A DNA stretch of 64,000 nucleotides from Chrysomallon squamiferum (lineage: Eukaryota > Animalia > Mollusca): contig CM022677.1 in NCBI GenBank assembly GCA_012295275.1, forward strand, positions 13,144,001-13,208,000, read 5' to 3'. The stretch's first letter is position 1. Every line of letters begins with the position of its first letter. The position numbers and the translations under genes are program-made. The notes beneath the pieces were generated by a model that was not told where the DNA came from, searched no databases, and saw only the letters and a list, made by a program, of their open reading frames with translations. Shown here piece after piece: positions 24,410 through 39,296 of this stretch.

Positions 24410-26039
24410 ATTCTTACCTGCATTGACTCCTGGCAAACGTTAGAAAAAAGAAAGAAAAATATATTAGTTGTATTCATTGTTGAGTATAAAATAAATAAAA
24501 AAAGTAAAAATAAAAAACAATTAAGCAACAAGAAAAATAATAATAGTAACAGACACAAACCATTCCCAAGACAAAAATGTTAATTACTAACAAATGCTTG
24601 AAATAAATGCTTTTAAAAAACCTCTTTCATAATTCATTAACACAACTGTTTCTTACAATTATAAAATTAACTTATAGGTATTTGTTGTATAAACAAAAAT
24701 GTTCTGTTGGATAAATAACTGTATGTTTTTTATAATGAATTATTAAAGAAATCATTCTTTGAAATAAATAATTATGAATATACTACTTACAATATATAAT
24801 TATACAAAATATTCTTTCAAATAAATAAATTAATTATAAATAAAAATATATTTCTTGACATAAATAAAATTAATTATTCTTTGTAATAAATCATTTAAGA
24901 AAATATTCCTTCAAATAAGAAATTAAAGAAAATTATTCATTGAAATAAATTATTTAAATAAAGTTAAAAGTTCCTTAAAATAAATAATGATAGGAAACAA
25001 TAAAGAAAATTAATCATTGATATTGATAATTATATAAATAATTATATAATAAAATTTCCTTATAATAACTTGTTTAAAAAAATATCTTGAAAAAAATAAT
25101 TATAGAAAATTATTGCTTATATATATAAATCATTAAAAATTCGTTTAAAGAAAAACATTTCTTGTAGTAAATCATTCAAATTAAATTTTCTTGAAATAAA
25201 TGTCTTAAGAAAAATCAAACCTCGAAATAATTATAAAAATAATTTTTTCCTGTAATTCGAGAAAACGATTCTTTCTAATAAAATCATTAAAAATAAATCA
25301 TAAAAGAAAAACTACTAAAACATTCAAATAAAATATACTTTACCTTTGGGACAGACAACAGGTATAAACAACTCCAGCTGGGACTTCACACTAGTGTCAT
25401 CAAATGAAGTTATAATCTTAACATTGGATGCATTGGTCGCTAAAGGCAGCAGCCCTGCCGTCGTCAATTGCGAACTTTTGAAATTAAGTCCAACAGCGAA
25501 AATCTCGGATTTCGTTTTGGGCAACGCCGCACTTACTGCTGCTCTTCGAGCCTGAGAAACTTCCGTCGCGGTAATGATGATAACCTTTGACCCTGCAGCC
25601 AATAATAATAATAATAATAGTTTTGTTTAAATGTTTGCATGTTTGTATATGTGTGAGCCTTTTGTCATACTTTACTAACATTCCTTATAGAGGATTTGGA
25701 AAAGAAAAAGAAGAAGGAAAAGAAGAGAGAAAAAAGGAAAAAGAAAGAAAAGAAAAACAAAATTATTTTTCTTCTGAATCTTTTAGGCATTTTAAATAAT
25801 ATAATTTGGAACAGTAGTTTGTGTCAGGTCATTTATTTACTTATTTATTTCTTTATTTATACTTCTATTTGTTTTTATTACTCTGTTTTCAAAATAATTT
25901 TTGTCTGCACTATTTTAACAGTCTGGTGTTGTCAGACGCCAAAGAAACCTGGTATGTAAATGAGTCAAGCAAATGTTGTCTTACTACCTGAGCTATTCAG
26001 TTATCATCTTTATTGACCCATACCCAATTATTATTATTA

Positions 26040-26088
<49 letters not shown>

Positions 26089-26840
26089 TACTATTATTAT
26101 ATATTTCAACAGAACAATTTTAAAAGTTCGAAACTATGTCTTACACAGCAATAATAATAATCAAACTAAAGTAAGTAAAATTAAAATAATTTTTAAAAAT
26201 AATAATAATAAAAAGGTAAATTAAAATAAAATATAAAAATTCGAAACTATGTCTGACCTTCAGGTATAAGGGCGGGAAGACTTTTAATTATCTGATCCCA
26301 AAGGAGAGCTACATCCTGATGCTTGACCCCGTTAATGGCGTTAATAACTGCAGTCAGGTCAGTAGACAGACCAATAATCTGTCTGGCAGCTTTGCGTGCT
26401 CCTAGGTCCATGCCAATGCCGATGTAGCCAGCTTTCCCAGCCGCAGCCGTCGATACTTGACTCATGGATTGTAAATACGAAACAATCTGATCATTTACTC
26501 TTTTGAACGCAATCTTTCCGTCTTTCGTAAACGTAGCGGTTCGCATGATCTCGGATTCATCAACAATGAAAATTATGTTGTATGGACAAGTTAAATCTGC
26601 AATTAAAATTTAAAAAAAGAAAAAGAGAAAAGATTAATGAACAAAAAGTAATATATATATATATATATATATAAACACGCAAACATACATGACAACGAGG
26701 ATGACGAGGAAACAGCAGCAACAACTATTTTAGTAAAAGAAATGTAATATTTCTCATTCGGAAATTCTCTCTCTCTCTGTCTCTCGTTAACCCTTATGTC
26801 TGCAAAATCACATTATAAATGTGGAACGAAAAATAATAAC

Positions 26841-26873
<33 letters not shown>

Positions 26874-27470
26874 TGTAATAATAATAATAATTATCATTAT
26901 TATTGTTATTATCATGATGATGATGATATATGCTGACGATAATACCAGTAATAATAATAATAATGATAACAATAATTGTTTTATATCATTATAAATATTG
27001 TATTTCAGCTGAACGCATTTTAATATAGATTTTTATATCTATATGTGATTATTGTGTATGTTTGTATATGTTAGCGTGTATGTGAAACATCGTAATTTTT
27101 AACATTTACGTATATAAGAAAAAAAATTCTCTCTTTTCTTTTCTGTATATTCGTTAACACACGCACACACGTGTATACACACACACACACACACACACAA
27201 AGAAAGAGAGAAAAAACACCAAAAGACACACGCATGTGTACTCCGAAACGTTTTTAAATTTTCTAAAGAATTTGTATTATTCACTTACAACATGAACAGT
27301 TAAATACACAGTGAGGCGCACATAAACCATTTTCAAAACTGTTCAGCACTCTCAAATCAAAAACAGCTGCTCCATTCAGAAGAAAAACATTAAAATACAA
27401 ATACAAAGTTAAATGTGATACTTTTTTTATGTAGCTTATTATAAATGGGAAATTCTATTATATATATATA

Positions 27471-27509
<39 letters not shown>

Positions 27510-27600
27510 TTTATTTAAAAAATTTACCTTGTGAATTTGTCCATTCTGTTAAAACACCAAAGGCTACAAGAGCGAAACAAAACGTGCAGATCGACCTCAT
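22663..27600 (-). CDS. Gene A: secreted protein, signal peptide + 2 von Willebrand factor A domains + 1 thrombospondin type-1 repeat (~467 aa; 471 aa with microexon)
   Basis: join(27600-27528, 26596-26258, 25592-25344, [24429-24418], 24111-23795, 23542-23320, 22865-22663). All introns are GT-AG and the phases 1,1,1,(1),0,1 are mutually compatible. 1404 nt without the microexon, no internal stop. Confidence 0.9.
23320..23542 (-). CDS. Gene A exon: C-terminal half of VWA domain 2
   Basis: LMIIITDGESS...IVIYGVGVG...ELRAIASTP..HV...YEEL...KCA; acceptor TTGTAG, donor G|GTTAAT. Confidence 0.93.
23795..24111 (-). CDS. Gene A exon: N-terminal half of VWA domain 2 (intact MIDAS DGSFS)
   Basis: VCSNIMDIVVVVDGSFSIGENTF...KIGLVLFS...LPYPNGATYTFLGIEAARDLF; acceptor TTTTCAG, donor GTGAGT. 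Confidence 0.94.
24418..24429 (-). CDS. Candidate 12-nt linker microexon (G-V-N-A) of gene A
   Basis: ttctaacgtttgccag|GAGTCAATGCAG|gtaagaa: CTAAC branch point, CAG acceptor, strong donor; phase 1-1, frame-preserving. Confidence 0.6.
25344..25592 (-). CDS. Gene A exon: C-terminal half of degenerate VWA domain 1
   Basis: GSKVIIITATEVS...EIFAVGL...LLPLATNASNVKIITSFDD...VVCPK; acceptor CTGCAG, donor G|GTAAAG; 249 nt. Confidence 0.88.
26258..26596 (-). CDS. Gene A exon: N-terminal half of degenerate VWA domain 1
   Basis: DLTCPYNIIFIVDESEIMR...KAGYIGIG...IGLSTDLTAVINAINGV; acceptor TTGCAG, donor G|GTCAGA; 339 nt. Confidence 0.88.
27528..27600 (-). CDS. Gene A first coding exon: signal peptide
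   Basis: MRSICTFCFALVAFGVLTEWTNSQ. The exon starts at 27620 after TCTCTTTACAG; donor G|GTAAAT. Confidence 0.85.
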
Positions 27601-27703
27601 GTTTCAGCTGAGTCCTAATTCTGTAAAGAGATGTAAAACACGATATTATCAAACACACCCAATTCACCAACCGCACACACATATGCCCACAATATACTCA
27701 GAT

Positions 27704-28790
<1,087 letters not shown>

Positions 28791-29688
28791 CATACATAAA
28801 AAATAACTATGTACGTACATATGTGCAAATATACACGTCATGATATTAAAATAATGTTTGAAACAATGTTCTAGAAAGAACAAAATATTTCCAAACCATA
28901 ATAACAATTGAATACAGTAATCAAGTTATGTATGGAACGCAGATTTTGTCACAACATAATGTGTAATATACATAAATATAAAGATAAAGATAAGAGAACA
29001 TGAACATAAAGTGAGAGAAAGAAAGAAAGAGATAGAGAGAAAGAATCGAAAATTGTGACAAAAAGATGATGTACAAAGAGAAAGCTTAGTCTTATACACA
29101 CGCACACATAATTTATATCTAAATACAGTTTTTCAGATAAACAGAATCAAAGAGAAAGAAATGATTACGATATTAGACATGCTTGTATCATTATGAAAGC
29201 AAAGTTAATTTAAAGTTATATTTATCAATTTTTCCTCACAAGTAACCATAGCAATACCCAATACTTTCCCATCTAACTAGTTATACAAACAGAAGCTCTG
29301 TCCTCCCCACGGTAATAATAAAGATGATGATGATGATAATAAGTTATATATCTGTAAAACAGTAAAATACAGTTTCTGTCTGATATAGAAATGACTTTGT
29401 AACATGAATCTGAACCCTGCAGCACCAGCTTCTCCAACGCCCAGCCTCGGGCGTCGCCCTTCACGTTTCGAACCCGTGTCAGTCTGAATTCATGTCATCA
29501 TTATTTTACTACACGTTTACTGCAAGATGAACACTAAATGTGCTAACTCAGTGAGATATTTAAATACTAACGATCTAAAAGTAATAAATTAACAAAGCTA
29601 ACGATTAGTGATTTTTAAGGAGTATAAAAAGCAAAAAGCAGTAAAACATTATGTGATCTGTAAATAATGTATTAAACCAGCGACTTAC

Positions 29689-29900
29689 GCTCAGAGTGCT
29701 GGCCTAATGCCTGGTGAGAAGAGAAATCTACGGGTGCATGATTTGACGAACTGAACTAGATCTACGGGTTTCACAAGTTGTATTCACAACCAGTCATTTT
29801 CAAAATAGAACTGCTCAAAAGACGACTCTATTCTTCTTCATTGTCGGACTCGCATGAATACTTTCACATTAGATATAGTCCACCGACTTATAAACTGGTA
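29689..29900 (-). promoter_or_regulatory. Promoter/non-coding first-exon module, copy 2 (likely 5' end of gene A)
   Basis: Donor GTAAGT at 29688. Shares TCACAAG.TGTATTCA, CTCAAAAGACGACTCT and TTGTCGGA.TCGCATGAATA blocks with the other four copies. Lies upstream of the gene A acceptor at 27620. Confidence 0.6.
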
Positions 29901-30476
29901 CATCTCTCTCTCTCTCTCTTTCTCGTTGTTGTTATTTTTGTTATTATTCTGATCGTATAAAATAACTAAACACAAACATTGTGCATATTCCCACACGCAC
30001 ACGTAAACATATATATTGCACATTTATTATTGTCAATATTTTTGTTATGTTCAGAAATGACCATGCATTTTTAAGTGTAACTGTTGTAAATGTTCGAATG
30101 TTTTCTCACTGATGATTCAGACTGAGTGCACAAAAACGACAGTTTGGCTTACACGTTATGCTCCGTCGGTATCAAATAATAGCGGGTTTGTCAAAGGCTT
30201 AGGAAACCTGTTTTTTCAGATGTTTTTAAAAACAATTTGTAGCGAACTGTGTCAACTGTGTGAGTTAAATATATAAAACAGATTGACAGCTAGCAGGGAT
30301 ATGCCTTATGTTTAGTCAGAGATGGACACTGGTCAAGCTTATAAAGAAAATAACAAAAAAGAAAAAGAAAAAACAACAACGTGACGATAGGATATAAATC
30401 AGCAGTCAGCTAGTATTAGATTAATAAAGATCAATAACTCAGAGAGATAATGAATAGATCAATGATAGATGATTAA

Positions 30477-30645
30477 GAGACACATAGATAATGAACAAAT
30501 CAAAAAACACGTTTAAGAGACAGATAGATAATGAACAAATCAAAAAACACGTTTAAGAGACACATAGATAATGAACAAATCAAAAAACACGTTTAAGAAT
30601 CAAGTGAACAGTGAACAAATAAAAAAAACGTTTAAGAGACAGATA
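30477..30645. repeat. 40-bp tandem repeat, 3-4 copies
   Basis: GAGACACATAGATAATGAACAAATCAAAAAACACGTTTAA. Confidence 0.85.
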
Positions 30646-31422
30646 ACGTTCACTTTAGACGTGTATGACAATGAATAGACCAATGAAATACATTCATAAT
30701 ATTACATTATAATATCATAATTGCCTACAGTAATAATGTTGATACTGACTGATAATTTCAGATACCGAATCTAGATATAGTTTTTATTATGTCTTAACTA
30801 ATATACGCAAAAGACTGAGTCTACAATAATTATTCCATTGCTAACTTCTATTATTATTATTGTTATTATTGTTATTATTGTTGTTGTTGTTGTTGTTGTT
30901 GTTGCTGCTGTTGTTGTTGTCAAAATGTCCATAACTTTTCCAAAACTTTCCATAGCTCACAAATCCAATTTTCCAAAACCATTTCCCTGTAAACTGAATC
31001 ACCAAACAATATTTTTCGTAGTTTAGAAACTGGAACTGGTTGGAATACCTGATTGTTGTTGCATTAAATCCTTTATTGTCTGGTGTTTCACTGTATGCAT
31101 GTTGACACCAAAAGTACAACAATACACACCTCAGTGTTGTAATCAGTTATACTGACAACTTATCACAGGTCTACACCGCCAGTCTGACAGAAGTTTGCAA
31201 CAAGCGCCACCTATTGTTGATAATTAAAAAGTACTCTTTGTTTAGAATATTGGTGAAACAAACCATTTTTTTTTTCATGCATGTTATTTACAGCAAGGAC
31301 ATGATTTTCCTGATCTAAGTACACTATAGTTTATTCCAGGTTACAACCAATTTTTATTTTGCGTTAAAATCTTATTTAAATGTAAATCAAGGCAAAATAG
31401 TATACAGTAATACTACTACTAT

Positions 31423-31454
<32 letters not shown>

Positions 31455-33447
31455 ATAATAATAATAATAATAATAATAAAAATAATAACAGTAATAATAG
31501 TATTATTATTATTATTTTAAGATTTCATTTGTACTGTCAGTTGCATATGTTTTTACATGAAAATCACAAACCAATTCATCCGTAAATCTTTGTATTTAAG
31601 CTTGTTAAACAAGCTTTGAAATAATAATTTCCATACTTTTTTGTTGTTTTGTTCTTTAAATTGTCAATGAAAATGGACAATATTCCAAATCAGTTAGGAC
31701 TTAACTTTTGACATTTTCCTGATTTATATATGTCTGAACTATGCCTCATTAATATCTATCTGCATCCAGTGTGTGTGTGTGTGTGTTTGCGTGTTTAAAG
31801 TTTATTAAAGACAAAAGAAAAAAATTAAAAATTAAAACAACATAACCTGTTTAGAAATTATTTATTAACTTTCATTAACAATTCTGTTATACATAATAAC
31901 AACAACAATAACAACAACAGCAATACTGATATACTCTGTTTCTCTTACACAAATGCACACATATTAATTTTAAAATAATGCTTAGTTTTAGTTATGAAAT
32001 ATAAAACATAACACTACAAGAAATATATTATTATTTAAAAATGTCTTACTACTTATTTTGTATGCTAGTAAACACATATCCCTAATAAGCTGGAATTGTT
32101 GCTATCATCATTTTCCTTTTCTCTTTCAATTCTTTTTTTTAAATCTTAAATATCTATATATATATATATAATCTGTGGATATATCAGAACTTGAAAAGAA
32201 TAAAAGAAATTTAAAATTTCAATACAAATGAAACTATGATAAAACTGTCTCTCTCTCTCTGTATGTGTGTGTGTCGTCCTCTCACTCTCTCAGCTGTACT
32301 ATGAATTCTACATATATTTAAATATGTGCACACGTGTGTGTATGTATGTCTTTATAACTGTGTCCATGATATATTTTTGTTTATATGTCCAGTGTTTATT
32401 TATAAAATATGTATCTGACTAATCAACAATTTGGTGGAATTGTCTGAACTAAGGTTAGTACACATTCTACAATTAATACTCAAAGTTCAAAAATCCATGT
32501 TATCCTTAGAAAATTAGAAACATTATGAAATACAGATGAATGATATATATTTCTGTTTTTTCAAAGATAATCTTTTTTAAATTCTAGAACTGTATAATTC
32601 TATAAATAGCTATTAAAGCCCACAGAGATAATGAGAGAAAACTAAACTATTATTATTATTATTATTATTCCAGAAAGGTATTGAAGAATTTAACTGTACC
32701 TTTGTCTGTTGATGAGATAAAACATAGTTCAGTGGATGCAATGTTAGTATACATATCGGCATATATATATATATGCCACACATATGGACAACACAGTCAG
32801 TAGAGTAAATGAGACATTACTACTAATCTTTTTTAATTTCTTTTTTAATTTATAAATTTATCTTAATTTTCATTGATAGTAGTACAGTAGTGGTATTTAG
32901 GATTAGTATTTCTGTTATTATTATTATTATTATTATTAATAGGTAGTAGTAGCAATAATGGTGGTAGAGGTAGTAGTATTGGTGGTGGTATTGCTAATAG
33001 CAGTAGCACTGTTAGCACATAGTACATTGGAATAGTAGTAATAGTAGCAGTAGTATTTCACAGATTTTGGGCTCAGTAACACTTAAAAATCACTAAGTAA
33101 ATCATCTGTAAATCATTATTTATTAATTATATTTTTTGTAATTAAATATTTTAGAATAAGATAGCTGTTTTAAATTTCAAAAGATATACATGTTACAGAA
33201 TACTAATTTAAAAATATTAGATTATAATTTATATACAATTTATATACAATTTATTAAAATGAAAATAGTTGTTTTAATATTTCTAACAAATCTGTTTTGT
33301 AACATAATACCTTATAAATTAGTTTTTATTATTAATATTTCAACCAGACGTGCAATTAAATAACTTCAGAAAATAACATTAATTAAAACATTAATTTTGC
33401 TGTTTAAACATAAATGTATTCTCTACCTGTGTGGCTACTGGTCTCCT

Positions 33448-33612
33448 GTCCTGTCTAATCATGTCCTGTCTAATCATGTCCTGTCTAATCAAGTCCTGTC
33501 TAATCAAGTCCTGTCTAATCATGTCCTGTCTAATCATGTCCTGTCTAATCAAGTCCTGTCTAATCATGTCCTGTCTAATCATGTCCTGTCTAATCGTGTC
33601 CTGTCTAATCAC
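33448..33612. repeat. 15-bp tandem repeat x11
   Basis: GTCCTGTCTAATCA(T/A); explains the IRQDM/VLSNH/SCLIM ORFs. Confidence 0.95.
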
Positions 33613-33817
33613 TGATACCTAGCCAAGTGCTTGTTCCTCCATTAGGATAGGCCAGGCTTTGAATGGACGTTCTGTATGAATTGATGTCTTTGGTCAGTGT
33701 GATATTGGCATTGAGAACATGGCTGTAGAGAACAAGACCCATTGAAACATCACTGCTGAGAGTGTACAGGTTTGTAGCTAGTCCATTCAGAGCATTTTTC
33801 ACACCATTATTGAAGAT
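33605..33817 (-). pseudogene. Truncated VWA-domain exon, paralog of gene A VWA2
   Basis: [70 protein letters not shown] aligns ungapped with TFNNILKQTLIGLTDNLFSLGRDLKIGLVLFSHQVDAKIELSSSITDVKKSINQLPYPNGATYTFLGIEA. It lacks the DxSxS start and is cut by the 15-bp repeat. Confidence 0.85.
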
Positions 33818-35574
33818 TAATTGAAATATAGTGTTCTTGGATTATTCCTACATGTTTACTTTGATTTCTCTTTATACAACTTTATACGTAGATGACAAGA
33901 TATGTTATTATTAAATATTTGTCTTTTGTTGTATTAAAAGGGAGAAAAATAATAATTCTCATTCTAAAATGTAATACAAATTCTTTGATACATTATGGAT
34001 TAAAGTTCCACAGAGGCTCTTCCTGGAATGATAGCAAATATCTTGTATCTCTCCTGTAACCAAACTGCTTTTTTGGGAGGTTGCAAAGATCTGTAATATA
34101 TTTAAATTAATTTCATTTTTTTTCTTTTTTTTTTTCTTTATGTTTACATATTAAAGAAGAAACAAATTCACATTATCTGATGTTTCATTCCATATTGTAG
34201 CAAATGCTAATTCATTTTGTTGTTAAATTAAAAATATCTAAGTGTTTGTCGTCAGGTGAGTGTGTATGTGTGTGCAGGTCTGCATGTGTGTGTATGTGTG
34301 TGTGTGAGTATGTGTGTGTGTGAGTATGTGTGTGTGTGTGTGCACGCCTCTTTACTTGTTAGTTTGAATTTCATTTTAATGAAAATAAAAAATAAAATAA
34401 AATGGATTCAATGTACTTTTCTGATTATTATTATTATTATTATTATTACTACTATTGCAATTATTATTACTGTTATTACTATTATTATTGTTTTTATTAC
34501 TGCTACTGCCATTATTATTATTACTATTACTCTGATTATTATCATTATCATTATTATTATGTAATGACATACTTTGACTAGGAGTGTGTGTGTGTGTGTC
34601 TGTGTGTGTGCCCGAAAGCTTGTGTGTACGTGTATGTGTTTGTGTTTGAATATTATTATGTATACATGTTATTGCTGGTGTGTGGGTCTATATGAATATA
34701 TATGACTATTCTAAAACATGGATGTATATGAGTGTTAGTGTATGTTTGTGTGCAAGCGTGCATGTATGTGAATGTGTTTTACAGTAATAGTACATATTCA
34801 ACTATTTGTGTATTTTGTGTCTATAACAGGGTAGTTATTATCAACCTGCTAAACACTTGTTTATATAAATAATCAGACTGGATGAGAGACTGTTTCAATC
34901 ACAGGGTGACAACATTTGTAAAAAAAGCAATGTTCAGATGTGACATAGGTATCTGTATTTTCTGCAGAGAGAGAGCTTTTGTGTGGTGTTTGTGAAGACA
35001 AATCAGTATTTTACTCCCTCTTACTATTTGTACTTCTTTTTTATATACAACCTCTAAATAGCAGTAATTACTCTTTAAAATAGAATGACGATAAACACCA
35101 GTACACGTTGAGTGAAATGCATTACTACTGAGAACTAACTTAGAAGCAGTGCATTATGTGTATAGGGTAAGTGAATCAAGATAAGCCCATAATTTGAAAA
35201 AGATGAAGTGTAAATGATTGTAAATGAAAACAATCCAACAAAATGTTACTCTCTGTTAGTATGCACTGACAGTGTTCACACTAAATGAATGATAATTTTC
35301 AAAAATAAAAATATTGTCAAATAAAACTGACCAATACTGGTAGCTCAAAGACAACTTCATCCTTCCTTGACCATTTTATTTGCCTGTCTCTCTCCTACAC
35401 TGTCACATTCATCTAGCTAAATGGTGTTAGATATGTATGTATGTTTGTATGTGTGTGAATATGTGTTTTTTCTTATTATTGAGAGAAATTGGATATGCAA
35501 GTATAATGTGTGTTCAAGAGTGTGTATGTATTTCTGAGAGAGAGAGATGATGAAAAGATAGAGTGGAAGTTTGA

Positions 35575-37430
35575 TAGACACAGAGCCAGACATACAGAGA
35601 GATGTGTATAATGAGAAGAGTATATAATTAGTGAGATAGACTGACAGACACAGACATACAGAGAGATGTGTGTAATGAGAAGGGTATATAATTAGTGAGA
35701 TAGACTGACAGACACAGAGCCAGACATACAGAGATGTGTATAATGAGAAGGGTATATAATTAGTGAGATAGACTGACAGACACAGACACAGACATACAGA
35801 GAGATGTGTATGTGTATAATGAGAAGAGTATATAATTAGTGAGATAGACTGACAGACACAGAGCCAGACATACAGAGAGATGTGTAATGAGAAGAGTATA
35901 TAATTAGTGAGATAGACAGACACACACAGATACAGACATACAGAGAGATGTGTGTAATGAGAAGGGTATATAATTAGTGAGATAGACTGACAGACACAGA
36001 GCCAGACATACAGAGAGATGTGTGTAATGAGAAGGGTATATAATTAGTGAGATAGGACTGAGACTGAACCAGACATACAGAGACATATAATTAGCCAGAC
36101 ATACAGAGAGATACAGAGAGATGTGTAATGAGAAGAGTATATAATTAGTGAGATAGGACTGACAGACACAGACATACAGAGAGATGTGTGTAATGAGAAG
36201 GGTATATAATTAGTGAGATAGACTGACAGACACAGACATACAGAGAGATGTGTATAATGAGAAGGGTATATAATTAGTGAGATAGACTGACAGACACAGA
36301 TACAGACATACAGAGAGATGTGTGTAATGAGAAGGGTATATAATTAGTGAGATAGACTGACAGACACAGAGCCAGACATACAGAGAGATGTGTATAATGA
36401 GAAGGGTATATAATTAGTGAGATAGACTGACAGACACACAGAGAGATAGAGACATACAGAGAGAGATGTGTGTGTAATGAGAAGGGTATATAATTAGTGA
36501 GATAGACTGACAGACACAGAGCCAGACATACAGAGAGATGTGTGTAATGAGAAGGGTATATAATTAGTGAGATAGACTGACAGACACAGATACAGACATA
36601 CAGAGAGATGTGTGTAATGAGAAGGGTATATAATTAGTGAGATAGACACAGAGCCAGACATACAGAGTGTGTAATGAGAAGGGTATATAATTAGTGAGAT
36701 AGACTGACAGACACAGAGCCAGACATACAGAGAGATGTGTATAATGAGAAGGGTATATAATTAGTGAGATAGACTGACAGACACAGAGCCAGACATACAG
36801 AGAGATGTGTGTAATGAGAAGGTATATAATTAGTGAGATAGACTGACAGACACAGAGTCAGACATACAGAGAGATGTGTATAATGAGAAGGGTATATAAT
36901 TAGTGAGATAGACTGACAGACACAGACATACAGAGAGAAGGGTATATAATTAGTGAGATAGACACAGACAGAGATACAGACATACAGAGAGATGTGTATA
37001 ATGAGAAGGGTATATAATTAGTGAGATAGACTGACAGACACAGACACAGACATACAGAGAGATGTGTGTGTAATGAGAAGGGTATATAATTAGTGAGATA
37101 GACTGAGCCAGACACAGAGAATAGTCAGACATACAGAGAGATGTGTATAATGAGAAGGGTATATAATTAGTGAGATAGACTGACAGACACAGACACAGAG
37201 AAGGGTATATAATTAGTGAGATAGACTGATACACAGAGATGTGTATACATGTGTAGAGAAGGGTATATAATTAGTGAGATAGACTGACAGACACACAGTC
37301 AGACATACAGAGAGATGTGTGTAATGAGAAGAGTATATAATTAGTGAGATAGACTGACAGACACAGAGCCAGACATACAGAGAGATGTGTGTAATGAGAA
37401 GGGTATATAATTAGTGAGATAGACTGACAG
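35575..37430. repeat. ~64-70-bp minisatellite, about 27 copies
   Basis: GGGTATATAATTAGTGAGATAGACTGACAGACACAGAGCCAGACATACAGAGAGATGTGTGTAATGAGAA; period 70 at 36681/36751. Confidence 0.95.
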
Positions 37431-39096
37431 AGAGGAAGACATAAGATAACAGGCACACAGACAGATATAGAGATATATAGAGAGATCTATGCTGATAGGC
37501 ATATGTGTATGAGTAATAAAGTGTTAGTAAGTTCATGTGTTAGAGAGAGAGAATGGATTTTTGTAATGAGTAAGCGGATTAGAGTGCGTATGTTGGTATA
37601 TGCGTGTTTTGTAGATAGATGGATAGATAGATAGACAGACATACCGGCAGGCAAGTAAATTCATTGGTAGAGAGACACAATAAGAACATTTTTGAGATAA
37701 CATTATTATGAATGAACATAGGGATAGAGCAGTGGAGAAAACTGTTTGTTTGGATTATCAATGACATATTAATAGTAAAATAATTCCTATAAGCTAAGAA
37801 TACTAAAGACATTTCAATATACTCAGTCTTTCAAGGTAATTTCTTTTTACAATTCTGTATATCAAAATATTTCAGTATCCATGCAGGATCATTTATTCCT
37901 AAATGTCATTTTTTAAATACATTTTTAAATCTGGTTTCAAAAGTCCAGTAAAAATCTCTTTCTATAAACCTGCTTGTCTACCTGAGAATCTCAGTTATAC
38001 ATTTGTACATGTTTCTGTCATCCTTCTGTCTCAAACATAACAAAGCACACCATCCTTCTACACATCTCATTGTCTGTTTATCTATCAGTGTATTCACCTC
38101 TATATCTACCTGTATATGCTGCAGTCAAATGTACATGTATGTGTATGTGTGTGTGTGTGTGTGTATGTATCTGCATGTGTGTCTGTGTGTCTGTCTGTGC
38201 ATGTGTCTGTATGTGTGTGTGTGTGTTTGCTCTCCGAAGTTTCAAAGTGTATTTCCAATCCATCTGTCTGTCTGTCTATCTATATATAATGCTTCTATGT
38301 GTATGCCTGCTTTACTCTCTCTATCACTCTCCTTACACACAGAGATAGAACACACACACACACACACACACACACCTACCTAAACTATTCTATTGTTTCT
38401 GTCTGTCTGTACAGCTACCTCTACATTCACCTACCTGTCTCTGTCTGTATAATTAATGTGTATAATAATGATAATGATGAATATAATAAATTAAATAATA
38501 ATAATTAATGACAACAATAATAGTAGTAGTAGTAGATAACAATAACAAACATTATAATAGTACTTACTGATTATAAAATACGTAATACATGTTAAACAAG
38601 AAAAAGAAGGAATTGATGTTTTTATTTAAACAGTATATATATGGTATCATGTTTTTGCTTACATTAAACACTAATATTATGATGGAAGGAGGAAATGTGT
38701 TTTTAAAGAGACATGTGATAAAATATTTTAAATCTGATTCCATTAATAACTGAACTGAACTGTACTGTAGAAAAAGTTCATGAAAGGAAACACAGATCTC
38801 TTTCATAGATCAATTTCAGATCATCTTAGTTTTTATTTATTTATTTTAATAAAACAATTATAAGGTTTATATAAAATTTGGAAAACGAGATATTTAAAAA
38901 ATAACTTTTAATAATTAGTACATGTATCTTGGTAAAGATAAGAAATTTTAAAAAATATTTCCCCAATTCATTTTTCATAAAAAAGGTTTCTTTAAATTCA
39001 TTTCTGAAAACATCACACCAATGATGATTTTTTAATTTTATTTGATACAAACAAGAAAAATGAAAATAACAATAAAGATTAAAAATAAATCAACAA

Positions 39097-39296
39097 NNNN
39101 NNNNNNNNNNNNNNNNNNNNNNNNNNNNNNNNNNNNNNNNNNNNNNNNNNNNNNNNNNNNNNNNNNNNNNNNNNNNNNNNNNNNNNNNNNNNNNNNNNNN
39201 NNNNNNNNNNNNNNNNNNNNNNNNNNNNNNNNNNNNNNNNNNNNNNNNNNNNNNNNNNNNNNNNNNNNNNNNNNNNNNNNNNNNNNNNNNNNNNNN
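39097..39296. other. Assembly gap (200 N)
   Basis: Run of N; a round fixed size is typical of a scaffold join. Confidence 0.99.

Noticed and set aside
33391-33622. Pentapeptide-repeat ORFs (IRQDM / VLSNH / SCLIM)
   Set aside because: A 15-bp tandem repeat open in several frames on both strands, with no splice or start context.
35417-37456. ORFs with repeated SVYLTNYIPFSL
   Set aside because: Products of the 64-70-bp minisatellite.
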